A DNA stretch of 63,717 nt, filler included, from Choristocarpus tenellus KU-1152 (taxonomy: Eukaryota; Protista; Phaeophyceae): NCBI GenBank assembly GCA_964200185.2. It is 10 parts of 10 records of this genome, joined end to end, with 100 filler letters (N's around TTAATTAATTAA, not from the genome) between each part and the next. Parts side by side here need not be neighbours in the genome. Positions count along the whole stretch, not along the records: positions 1 to 3,531 come from CAXNAD020019423.1; positions 3,632 to 7,070 come from CAXNAD020020019.1; positions 7,171 to 19,987 come from CAXNAD020001693.1; 7 more parts are not named here. One strand, given 5' to 3'. This document shows positions 1 to 11,400 of the stretch, in pieces (positions within the stretch are counted from its first letter, which is position 1; each line of letters opens with the position of its first letter). The notes below the pieces were generated by a model, which worked only from the letters and a program-made list of their open reading frames with translations, ran no database searches and was not told the origin of the DNA. The position numbers and the translations under genes were made by a program.

Positions 1-27
1 CCCCCCCCCTCCCAGATACTTTGGGTC
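1..27. mobile_element. Terminus of MITE family B (poly-C + CCAGATACTTTGGGTC)
   Basis: Same terminal motif as 46912-46957 and, reverse-complemented, 46738-46811. Confidence 0.75.
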
Positions 28-30
28 TGT

Positions 31-1290
31 ATGTCCATCATGTGGAATGTGATACTTTGTTGTACTCTGAAAGAGATATATGGAATCAGATTCAGTTTTC
101 TTTATGAGGATATCTCTAATACACAAATCAGTTTCCATCTTGGACAAAGACGGAGTTCCACCAAACCACAAGTAAGGCAATCTTTCACCATCTTTCATGT
201 GTCACTATCAATTCCTTGTGTTCTGAGTCGCTGTTGTAGCTGAAAGGAAAATTGAAGTCCATACTGGGAAGTTGGGCATCCACCACATCCTGCTATTGAC
301 ACAATTTCACCTCCTTTGTTGGGAAAATGATGATATTGACTTTCCCTTTTCAATTCCCTTCTAATGCCTCATCAGGATGATCAACATACTGGTAGGTCAT
401 CCAAATGCTGTTGCCGATGTGGTGCAAGGTTGGTGGTACGGCAGGACCAGGAGGTAGACCTGTCAGATGAGAGGATAGAGCATCAGCAAGACGGCGGAAC
501 ACTTCACAGTCCGGTGTGCATATTTGACAACAACAACACAACCCTGTCACCTCAATCTCACCCTCAATAGATGCCCACAGTCATTTGACAGCCTTTACTG
601 TATCTTGTGAAGACCAATGTTGAGGACATTCCAACCTACATACTTCGAAGTAGTACTCTTCTATTGCCATCCTGGCCGAGAATTGAGATGTGTGTCAGTC
701 GATATGCTCATGGTGTGACTCCTAGGGACGTCACATACGACCATTGACACACAGCATTCAAAGAGGAGATATTCACGCTATTGATGAGTCCTACCCCTAC
801 CACAAGAGGATGATGGACCAGTCTCTTGCAGAGTACTCTGTCGAGGCTGTGTTGGGTGGAAGCATCTCATAGATCAGAGGTTGATAAACCATTTCAGGGT
901 GCTAATCCATTAATATACACGAATTGAATGTGCACAAATTTCATTATATGAACATAGCTTCAATGAGGTGATTGTGAGGACGGTTGCATAATGAAATACA
1001 AGTACCATTCCTTGGCAATCAGATATTGCTTGTCTTGTCCTAGGAGCAATGGAATCAATGATATGTACGTTTCACTTGCTGGGGGCTCATGATCTGTAAA
1101 CAAACCATGGAGTACAGCATGTAGTCCAGGGTTCGCAAACCCTCATCTCGAGGATGCAACTGCCATAAAATCGAGACCCAATACAACACTACCAGTGTGT
1201 GTATCAATAGTCTGCATAGATCCACTAAACCATACTTCAAAGTATGAAGAAGCCCTGACTGATCTCAACGTCTTCCCCTGGCTCTCACAT
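31..1290 (+). pseudogene. Decayed multi-histone-fold gene relic (H2B C-term?-H2A-H4-H3, possibly a further H4-like segment)
   Basis: Manual translation across stops and frameshifts. H2A-like SNTQISFHLGQ / HLSCVTINSLCSESLL*LKG / FHLLCWENDD at ~115-345. H4-like I*QPLLYLVKTNVEDI...IEMCVSRYAHGVTPRDVTY at ~580-740. H3-like S*IRG** ... FNEVIVRTVA**NTSTIPWQSDIACLVLGAMESMI...SQTLISRMQL at ~865-1165, whose core aligns without gaps to [30 protein letters not shown]. Confidence 0.5.
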
Positions 1291-1295
1291 GTGAA

Positions 1296-1676
1296 TTGTC
1301 TGCTCAGAGAATTGAAGCTTCTCCAGTAATGAACATTTCAGATGGTTCAACAGATGTGGAGACACCTATCACGGACATCTCTCCTGTCCAAAAGTGGGCA
1401 TGGGATGAACAGTCAGAGGATGAGGAAAGGTATGAAGAGAATGAGGAAAGGTATGAAGAGAATGAGGAGGAGGAGGAGGAGGAGACATGGACAGATGTGG
1501 AGATAGAATCTATCATACACTCTTCTTCTGTCCAGTACTGGGCGTCAGATGAATGGTCTGAGGACGAGGAGGAGGAGGAAGAGGAGGAGGAAAAAACTAT
1601 TGGGGGGAAGCGGAGATATGATGATAGTTCAGACGATGAGAAGGAGAGGAGAGGCAAACAACAACGATACCGTTAA
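1296..1676 (+). CDS. Acidic low-complexity ORF with two diverged internal repeats; possibly the tail of the upstream relic
   Basis: 126-codon ORF; TDVETPITDISPVQKWAWDEQSEDEE vs TDVEIESIIHSSSVQYWASDEWSEDEE; poly-E tracts; basic KRR motifs at the end. Confidence 0.3.
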   Translation: MSAQRIEASPVMNISDGSTDVETPITDISPVQKWAWDEQSEDEERYEENEERYEENEEEEEEETWTDVEIESIIHSSSVQYWASDEWSEDEEEEEEEEEKTIGGKRRYDDSSDDEKERRGKQQRYR

Positions 1677-1799
1677 TTCTTGTCTAAAGAAGAGATTCCC
1701 CCTCCCCCCCCTCCTCGGCCTTCATGCCCATATACTACGTAACATTTACTGAGGCTTACGGGGGGGGGTGTATTTCCAATAAGGGGATTAATATTGTCC

Positions 1800-3300
1800 C
1801 CTTTTGTTGCTATATTTACAAGGTTTTGTTTGGTTGAAATTTGGCAGTGATTTTGGAAGAGATGGTGCTTCTTGAGGTAGTGGAGAAAGGGTGCATGACT
1901 GGGGGCAGGCATCTGGCGAACTCCTGGTTGACTTGACGGCTGCTTGCATTGCAATCCCCATCAGCCTGTATCACACCAATCTCCCCCATGCCATAGCCTT
2001 GTGCAAGTAAACAGCCCACCGCATTGGCTGTATACCCAGTACTGTTCCCAATTTCTTGGGAACATGAATGTGCATGAAGGTGTGTGGTTGCTTTTATATT
2101 TTGGTATCACAAGTATTACTAGTGTTGATGTTGCCTTCTCCTTCAACCCTGCTCAAAACTGTCCAGTTTTTTCTATTGCAGCATATATCTTCACTCTCTT
2201 CTCCTCACCAGAACTCATTGATTCAAGGTCTCATTTACTCAATCTGCTACTGCAATGCTTAACGTTTCTTGTCCACACTTTCATCCTTTTTTGGTTCTGA
2301 CCGTTCTTTTACGTACATCAATCCCAATGAGACGAGGTGAGTGGAGGCATCCACTTGACGCCAGAGAGGTCCCATTGTTTTCAAAATATATACTCTGAAT
2401 ATCATTGACATACTTTTCCTATATCTCACTACCAAACAAAAGGAGATACTTTAAATTGTGTTCAGCGATAGAGCAGATTTGTTTAAGTTGGTGCTAGGAA
2501 ACTGGCTTGAGTTTTTGGGTATTCTACTTTGTCTTCAGTCATGTGTTTGCCATGAATGGGCAGTGAGACTAATGTATGTATGGTTGATGTCATGCACTAA
2601 GATTGGTGACAGGAGAAGATGAGTAGGCAGATCAAGGAGCAAACCCTTGACAAAACCCAGTCACAGAATCAAGGACCATATATATTTTCAAATATGGAGC
2701 CAGTCCATGTTTGTACTTTAGTAAGCACCATTAAAATTGAGGTCTCCAAGGCCTTGAGTAAGAAAATAACACATGCACACTGTACTTTAGCAGGTCTTCA
2801 ATTCCTGGATCTACTCTAATGATTTCAATAATTAGCACTCTACATCTGATTATCTGAATCAGGCAATTATTATCTTTGCTTCACCCTAGGGCTAGCTCAA
2901 CTTTTCATCACAGACACTGTACTTACTCTCCACTACCTCTCATTTTTCACCCACATGCACTGGAACTCCTTTCACTGCCCAGTGCGTGCCTTGCTCCTCA
3001 ATATATAGATTTAGTCATCAAACTGGTCATGAACCACTCTCCTCCCCCAAACCCTGTACTATTTTTCCCTAGTGGTGTCAGCTCTGGAATGAAGTCATCC
3101 CACCATGTTTCAGTTTCTCCCATACGCAGCAAAAGCAACAGACAGGATAGTACAGCTGGTGCATCATCAGTAGTGCTTGCCACATGGATCACCTGAATCA
3201 GGGTTTTCTCAGGAATAAATCCAGTGACGACCAGGTTCTAATCCATCCGTAACTCTCCAGAGTGCTGGATTCTAACCATTGAGCCATGAGGATGTTTGCT
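1800..3300 (-). mobile_element. Putative decayed pogo/Tc1-mariner-like transposase with C-terminal PHD-like finger
   Basis: Fragmented minus-strand translation: NDIQSIYFENNGT (cf. NIQSGFRKTGI), a charged linker, then EQYWVYSQCGGLF...GDWC (PHD-like). Many stops. Confidence 0.3.
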
Positions 3301-3350
3301 CACCTTTCTACTTCTTCGGATCTACTCCAGAGTATTAAAAAATCCCTTCA

Positions 3351-3531
3351 GGCTCAAAGTATCTGGGGGGGGGAGTGGAGGCTGTCCATTTGGGCTCAAT
3401 TTTTTCATCTCGCTATTTTTGAGTTATTTTGTTGCATACGTCGGATGGATAAATATAAATGCACCTTTCCTGATTTTACCCAAATGGACACCCTGGTGTA
3501 GACCCCCCCCCCCCCCCCCCCCCCCCCCCCC
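3351..3531 (+). mobile_element. MITE family B, near-complete copy truncated at poly-C/contig end
   Basis: Starts GGCTCAAAGTATCTGGGGGGG and ends GGACACCCTGGTGTAGAC(C)n; matches 46738-46811, 46912-46957 and 51100-51172. Confidence 0.75.
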
Positions 3532-3631
3532 NNNNNNNNNNNNNNNNNNNNNNNNNNNNNNNNNNNNNNNNNNNNTTAATTAATTAANNNNNNNNNNNNN
3601 NNNNNNNNNNNNNNNNNNNNNNNNNNNNNNN
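3532..3631. other. Artificial contig-joining linker (also 7071-7170, 19988-20087, 29165-29264, 34594-34693, 46812-46911, 51816-51915, 55832-55931, 60197-60296)
   Basis: Nine identical 100-nt N44-TTAATTAATTAA-N44 blocks with stops in all six frames. Confidence 0.98.
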
Positions 3632-4266
3632 ATTCTGAGTCATTAAGTATAAGGACTGGTGAGCCCCACCTAGTGAAGGTATCTCACTCTCTTCTTAACT
3701 GTGGTACAAGTTAATAAACAATAATATAACCAGTTGCGTGGGACAAACAGATCGTCAAGGACAGCTTAACAGAGCTACATGTAACCACTAACCTCTTCAT
3801 TTATGTAGATATATACTTGCAATAATAATAATAATAATGATGATGATGATGATGTGAAAAGAAGAGCAATATACACACCATACCAACATATATAACACAC
3901 GTTCAACCCTAACCCCCTCATGTTTAGTAGTGTTTAGTCAGGGGCAATCTACAGTTTCTTATTTCTTAGGTAAAAGTCACCCGCAAACTGCATTTTCAGA
4001 CCCAAGTTTCAAAATTGCTGCTAAACATTGAAATGTGCTTGGCGTGTGCTTGTCTTAAACATGGAATAGCATTGGACCACAATCACAAAGTTCCATTGCT
4101 CATCATACTGTCAGTTGGCCTTTTGTCATGATAAGGGCAGTTAGTGCACAGGAAAGCATACACACGCGCACAGATGAAATTGATGCAGTTCATCCAAATC
4201 AAAAGACATTCAACACTGAAAATGGAGAGGTTGGGTTCAATTCCATGGGTGGAGAGTTTTTGAAGC

Positions 4267-4441
4267 GATTGAACTAATTCAGCACTCATTAAACCTCTTT
4301 GGTTGGTCGATTCAGCTTATTCAGTAATCGTTAAATCTCTTTGATTGGTCGATTCAACCAATTCAGTAATCATTAAACTTTTTTGATTGGTCGATTCAAC
4401 TAATTCAGTACTCATTGAACCTCTTTGATTGGTCAATTCAT
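4267..4441. repeat. 42-bp minisatellite, about 4 copies
   Basis: Unit approx GATTCAACTAATTCAGTACTCATTAAACCTCTTTGATTGGTC repeated head-to-tail with substitutions only. Confidence 0.9.
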
Positions 4442-5435
4442 CGTACCACTATTGATGGCTAGTCACTGCACCACCCTCACCTCAAAGGGCCACCTGAAGA
4501 GATTAAACAAATATCGATAATAATAATGATAATAATAATAATAAACAAATATAGGTGCCATCCTTTGTGTTCATCCCAATCATCCCATGGCCAATGCACA
4601 GGTACACTAAGGAGTAGTAACGACCCCATATTGTTCTGATAATATTTCTGTCTCTTTCACATGTGACATATCAAACAAAGCAACTTCGAGACTACGTAAA
4701 AGTAGAGACAACCACATTATTTTTTTATTTCTAATCTGCGTACAAAATACTTTTTTTTTTAATATTACACTGGAGTAGAAGGGCCTCCTCACCTCACCCA
4801 AAACAAAAAAAAGAAAGTTCACAAGAATAGTTATTTTAATTTTAATTTAAAAAAAAAGAGGCAAACAAAACTGTGTCAAGATCAAGATAGTGGAAGATAC
4901 TACGTCATGCGGGAAGATACTCATTCAAGAAACAATCAGTTCTTGGACAGTTGATAGTAATCTCTTCGCTTGAGTGACCAAGATAACAACAATATCCAGG
5001 TTATTCCAGTATGTATCGTAAGAATACTAGAAAAGGAATGTTGCAGAAAGTAACGCACACTGAGTGATGAGTTGTCAGTGATCAGGGATGAGTGAAAGGT
5101 CTACCACCTCCCCCGCTTGGATGGCGTTTCTACACCAGCTTTCTGCCTACTGCAACATAACTGAGAAGGAACTAATCTACATATTTCAGTATTCAAGACT
5201 TGGGATCCTACACATTCTTTAACAAACCTATATATATACAAACAATACTACACTTAAATACCATACACATTCTTCAACAAACCTACATATACAAACAATA
5301 CTACTCTTAAGTATCACATACAGTTACACAACAGAAAAATATTTTTTCAAAGTGTAAGACAGAGTTAAAGGGCACAGTAACAGCAACATGCACATCACCA
5401 GTATACACATCACCAGTATACACATCAAAACGTTT

Positions 5436-5760
5436 TTACCAACTGCACTCTTGGAAAAGGCAAATGTGAACAACAATACAACTCACTCTCTCTATCAAAT
5501 TTGAATCATAGTGATTGGACAAATTCGGTTCCCAACCCTTGAATGAGTTGAATTCATGTTGATGAAGACCATATCTTAGTTCAAGAGTAAACCAACAACA
5601 AACACCAACACATGACTGATTCATAATTCTGTAGGTGCTGTAAAAGCAGAAATCATTGCATGCGCCAAACTTATTATGGATTGTATCCTTTGCACGTACA
5701 ATGCACGAAAATGCCTTCCAAGGCACAGAAAAACCCATTCATTGTATGAGATATTTACAA
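5436..5760 (-). mobile_element. Possible Ty1/Copia RT fragment in an intron
   Basis: LELRYGLHQ...W...HICLF resembles the Copia RT LYGLKQ...W...DxCLF; very degenerate. Confidence 0.3.
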
Positions 5761-6032
5761 CATGTCATGGTTTGTCACCCATAGTGCACTTGAATACCTG
5801 TAAAGGTGCTGACAACCTCTATGTTCATGTGCTTCATCTTTTTCACACCCTCACTGACCAATCATGAGGGTTGTAGACAAGTCTATTCACACCTACAAGG
5901 AAAGCCTGATTAGACAAATCTAGTCCTAGTCACACGGAGGAGCAAGCTTGCATATGTAAATGTAACATACTAAGTCATTCTTAGTCATTCTTACCTCCCC
6001 TCCCCTGCCCCCCCCCAACCTTTCGGACTCAC

Positions 6033-6953
6033 CACCGAAAGCCTCTAGTGTTCTCATAAGTTGCCCATCCTCCATCTCTGTTCTGAAAGCTGAGGATAAC
6101 ATTCACAGCATCATGCAGGCGCTCAGGTGGTATTGGGAGGAGGGTCTTGGATTCCTTGATGCACTGAAGTCTTGCTAGCGCCAAAACGCCCTGTAGCCGG
6201 GGATCAGGCAGCCCCAGAGCCAAGAGAAGATTCAGGGCAGATACAGTAGTCGTAGACAATGGTACGGTAAGGTGGTGGTGTGATAACATTTTGAAAAATA
6301 ACAGAAGAAAGTGATGAAATTTGAAAAGGAATAAATCGTGTTTGTGACTCTTCAATTCCGGAAAAATTCTGGAACAATTCTGGAACATCCCTCAAGAAAA
6401 TAATAAAACATTTTGTTGGAGGCGTGGGTAGGGGAAATGTGTCCCTCGTGACTGGCAAGAATGGCAATACTCTCCGTGAAGACATTTTTCTTTGTGTGTG
6501 TGTGTGTGTACCTTTAAAATTAAAAAAAAAAACAGAAAATACCCCAAGAGCCTTTACAGTGATAAAAAGGCACTTTAAACCACCCCATTACAATGCCATG
6601 CTGATGTTGTGAGCATGACACCAAAAACTAGACTTCAAAATACTGAAATTACTAAAATTTCCAAAAACATTACCAAGCACACACCAACTGCACTTGAAAA
6701 CTGATCACTCAAGAGTAAAGAGCAATTACAGCTAAGGAAAATGATCCATGTAAACGTTTGGTACAATAGTTTGGTACAATGCATACTTACACCTGGTATG
6801 AACATTCTCACCCCTTCTCTTTGACTCTTATCATATTATCAGAGTTTTAAAAAATCAGAGGGCACATGACCATATATATTTCACCTTAAGCCCCTCAGAT
6901 GTACAGTCAGAAATAGGCCAGCTGTGAGCCACAGTTGAAAACGGCCAGCCTCC
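6033..6953 (-). CDS. CAS1: Cycloartenol synthase (oxidosqualene cyclase), two internal exons 6953-6885 and 6190-6033
   Basis: [23 protein letters not shown] (DCTAE-type catalytic motif) spliced GT-AG in phase 0 to GVLALARL...[27 protein letters not shown] (QW motif). Confidence 0.93.
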
Positions 6954-7499
6954 CTACACAACCAAGGAGGAGGAACAAGAGGTTTATTTGACTTACATGG
7001 GGGGGGGGGGGGGGGGGGGAAAGTTGGGGTACAAAAAGGAGGGAAGAGCAACCACTGGCACCCCGATCAGNNNNNNNNNNNNNNNNNNNNNNNNNNNNNN
7101 NNNNNNNNNNNNNNTTAATTAATTAANNNNNNNNNNNNNNNNNNNNNNNNNNNNNNNNNNNNNNNNNNNNGAGATGCGCATCAACACATAAACATCATTT
7201 TAAAAAAGCGCTCGCAATCGTTTCCATCCTATCCATGAAGCTTATGATTCATTTCCTAGCTCACCACGATTAATTAGTCGATTCCACGATTGATTTCCCG
7301 TTTTGTACCAAGTGGTACAAAATAATATTTTTATCACATTATTTTTGTTCCGCTTTTTTCGGGCAGGCCCATGGGTGAACAAAATCGGGTAACCTACTGT
7401 ATATGTTGTATAAAAATAACTATTAATAGTGTTGTGAGATAGGTCCAATCAGTGATGAAGGGTGGTCAAAATCATCATTGTGTTGAAAGCATTGTGTTG

Positions 7500-8410
7500 C
7501 AAGGGAGTTGCTTCATTAAAACTGAAAGACATCACATCCATCAATTATGTGGGATAAAACTGAAGTGAATCTTGGGTCCAATGGTTGTTGTGACAACGTT
7601 GTGACTGTCTGTGGTAAGTGGGTTGGGAATTCTCAGGTATTTTCTGTGATTAATGTTGATATTGACATCACAATGAAAAGAAGTGTATGCAGGAAAATGG
7701 ATCTAACAGAGAGGTCCATTTTTTCCTTCTATTTCCGAAGACAAGGTTGTTTATCCGTTGGTATTATCCCTTGGATCGATTCCAACGTTACTACTGAAGA
7801 ATTCACTCAGAAACCAAAGAAAATTTACCTCTTACGTTGAATTGGCACAGAGGAGGCTTTGTGAGGATGTTGACAACGAGGAACGTGCTGACCAATATCT
7901 CTTGTTTACCGTTTTCATATCTGATGATCAAGTTGTAGAACATAGACCATATCAGAGGACTCATAGTCCGAATCCGAAATTATTTCGCCCTTCTTTGAAG
8001 GCTCCATCTGAAGTACTTTCTAATGTACCACCCGTTGTGTACAAGGTTGTGTTACCTGGAAACCCACATTCATTTTTCATTCGTTTGGGTAGAATGAAAA
8101 GTTACTACCCACAGCCCCAACCTTCCACACCAAACTTGAATGCACTCGATTTTTTGTTTGTTGAAATCGGTTACCACTGCTGGACACAGACATTAAATCC
8201 CTCAACCCGTTATTGGGCAGAGTATACTATGTTGATGATAACACTGTTGGGCATGGACCTCGTCCTGGTCGTCGTTCACCCACAAGTGTTATCTATTGCC
8301 TTCGACTTTGTGACTATGGACTCTCTTGTGACCTTCACAAAAGGGCCGAACAAATCTCACAATCTCGTGAAACGTTTGCGGTCTATCGCAAGTGTGGGGT
8401 TGAATAAACA
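7500..8410 (+). mobile_element. Decayed Ty3/Gypsy chromovirus 3' pol (integrase, GPY/F region, chromodomain)
   Basis: RPY..NPKL..KAPSEVL..VPPVVYKV..PG..IRLGRMKSYY (GPY/F module), followed after a frameshift by YYVDDNTVGH...IYCLRLCDYG..CDL (chromodomain-like). Confidence 0.7.
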
Positions 8411-11400
8411 ATCAAACTCTCGTCCCAAACATGTCTTGAGTTTAGAATTCGTATTTTCTGGTACTACAATATCCACTTTACGTAAGTATAAGTCTATATA
8501 TCTTGCATCATTGCTGTAATAATAGTGTAACCTATCGTCAGAGTAAGGAGAGTATTTGATGTGTGTATGGTACAGATCCTTGCTAACCTTACTCATGGCT
8601 CGTCTGTCTGCCACGTATATCGTTTACATGTCATAGTCATAGATGGGTAGAGGTTATCGCATTGAAAATAGATCTGATAGCTGGTAACAAATCTCAGTCA
8701 ACCTGTTCGCCTTGACTTGACATCTCATACTTACCAAGTCCATCAATCCTTTGCAAATAAACTACATAAATGTTGGTGGGCGATTAATATGATAAATTAA
8801 TAATACAATCCTATTTTTCTGTCTACTCTCCTCTTTTCCCATGAGTGGATATATGAGGAGGTGAAGAGACCGTCAAAACATCAGCACCCATGTGTGGTAG
8901 AGGTGGTCGTTCATTGTATCATGTCTCATTTTCAATATTGAATGAACTTTGTTGATTATAATGAACTGACCGACCTCTATACAAAAAAGATTATTCAAGT
9001 TCGCCACAAGGTAAGAAACGGTGACTTCGGGTGAGTCACATAATATGTTGTTTGTTTTTGAGTGCATGATCCACCCGACATGATGCAATGACCGCATGGT
9101 CGACCTCGTACCGTGTTGAGAGAGTTGAGCTACCAACATCCTCCGTCCTAACTTCCACTTGGAATATTGTTGTCGTAAGCATGTTTCCAGTCGTATCAGA
9201 GTGTGAGCAAGGAGAAGTGTGTATACATTATGTATTGATCGCTTCTACTGTGTTGGTCCTAATCACGTCATGCAAGCACTTGTGTTTTACATGTCAGGCG
9301 TGTTTAATGAAATCATCGTGTAACACTCGTTCAGTATCGTCAGATCACAAGAATTAGTCAACAGTTATTATTGACATTGCAAAGCGTTTACTCCTCGTTT
9401 CCTCATTCTTGAGTATCCTCTTGTACGAGATACCACGTATCAACATTTTGCTCCCATACACCTCTCGACTTAAATTTAGGCTGACTGCGTTGCTGGTCCC
9501 CCATGACCTCAGATCGTTTATTATGTTATGCTGACCACATCCATCAAACCTGACTTGCATTTAGGCAGACTGATGTGCTGATCACATGCACTCAGAACTA
9601 GTAGAGCTTAATTGCTATATGCTGACCACATACCACCAACGTTTGGCTAATGATATCCTGATCAGATATTCGTTAATGCCACGCTCATACACTACATTTT
9701 ATGTTGAAGTTGTGTAACAAAGTGATGCAGTAATTTTTATACTACCAGTCAGACCTATTTTCCATTTTGCTCCTAGAGAAGCTCACCTTCTGGTTGGTTC
9801 TGAATCATGTTTTCATGGCTTTGAGGGCCACCAGGAAGGAGGATGATATGGAAAGGAGGGTTGCCCGTTATCATACCGTTTATGTTCTTTCCATGTATAC
9901 CGCCATATCGTTTGAAAACTTCATGTTCTTTCAGAGAACCCTAGTGACGACCGTGGTGAAGTACCATGGTTTCGCAGGGGAGGTTCATTCAGAGAGCAAT
10001 CAATCGCTGAGGAGTCCTTTGAGAGGTCCCCTGCCTGCATCGTGTTTCCTCCCTCGAGTTACGCTGCACATTTTCCCCTTGTTTAACCTCTACCTTGTCC
10101 TCTCGGTTCGTCTTGGTCGATCTGGTCCGTCTTGCCTACACTTCTCTTCACCACCCCTGCCTGGAGTGAATCACAACGCTACAAAATCACGTGACTCACA
10201 CATGATTGTGAAGTAATATTGTTTTGTGGATAAGAGAAATTCGTTGTGGTTGATTGGCGGATCGGTCGATATCCTGACGTGTGATATCTTCTTAAGGAAA
10301 AGGAAAAGGTGTAAAGGGTGGAGGAGAAAAGTTCATCGGAAGGATTGAAGTAAGGATCAGGGGTCCAGAAAAGTACAATATAGTGAAGTCAGGAAATATG
10401 AGAACCAGGACTTAAGTGAGTAATTGTTTCCCTCAACGTATAGTATGCCAACAATCTTTTTGCTCTCCTCAAGTTTTCTTGTGTTATGCATCCGCATAGG
10501 TACGTAATTAACATCGACCTCAAAACCCCCACAGTGGAGAGGTTCGGGTGTCACACAGAAAGGTAGAGCAATCCCTGGATGAGTTGGCGACTCATCGTGT
10601 AGTGGGTGGAAGGGGGGCTAGGTTTTTAATAGGAAGGGAGTAGTGAAGGCATGCATGCCTGGGACAGGATGTGTCAGTCACTGCACAAGGGGCAATCTCT
10701 AGGGATGCCGTGCACTTCAAGCCAGAGGCACCGGGCTGATGGGCTAGGCGGAGCTTGACAGACTTGTAGGACTAATTTCCTAGTTTGTATAGTACCATTA
10801 TAGCACGAGTTTAGTCATCAGCTATATTTGTCTAACCAGTAGTAGGTTCCTTGATTTCTTCTTTCAAGTAGATTACAGTAACTACAACTAACCTTTGTTT
10901 GTTTATCAGAAGGATCTACAAACAGGGGGTTTATATCAATGACCTCCCCACTGCACAACCACTCCAGGACCAGAGCTCTACGCACATGCCTTTTAAAAGT
11001 TTGAAACTCGCTCTTGAGCACTACCATTCATACCGAATGTAGACAGTATCTGTGCAGTACGGACAAGCAAAATTTAACTTATTGATGGTACAAAAGGGGG
11101 TATGAGAGGAGGTGGGTATTGGTATCAGGTGGTATATATATACACTACTGCCCTTTTACTGTTGTTGTTCTTGTAGTAATATATCGCAATAGTTATCCAG
11201 GCAATTAGCATGCAGGCCACCCTCTGTCCAACTGAGGTCAAAAAAAGTGTATTATTACCAATAATGCTGGCAAGTGTGAAGCCTGTTTGAGGATACAAAC
11301 TTCCTGAAGTGTATCATTTGGCACAGCAATGCTTCCTATCAGCACTTTCTCACCATGATGTATCATGTATGCATTTGATTTGTTTTTTGAGGGAATCTCT

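Noticed and set aside
3576-3587. TTAATTAATTAA palindrome recurring nine times as a regulatory or recombination site
   Set aside because: Always embedded in identical N blocks; it is an artificial linker.
4267-4441. CRISPR-like array
   Set aside because: Units are contiguous with no unique spacers, there are no cas genes, and the context is eukaryotic.
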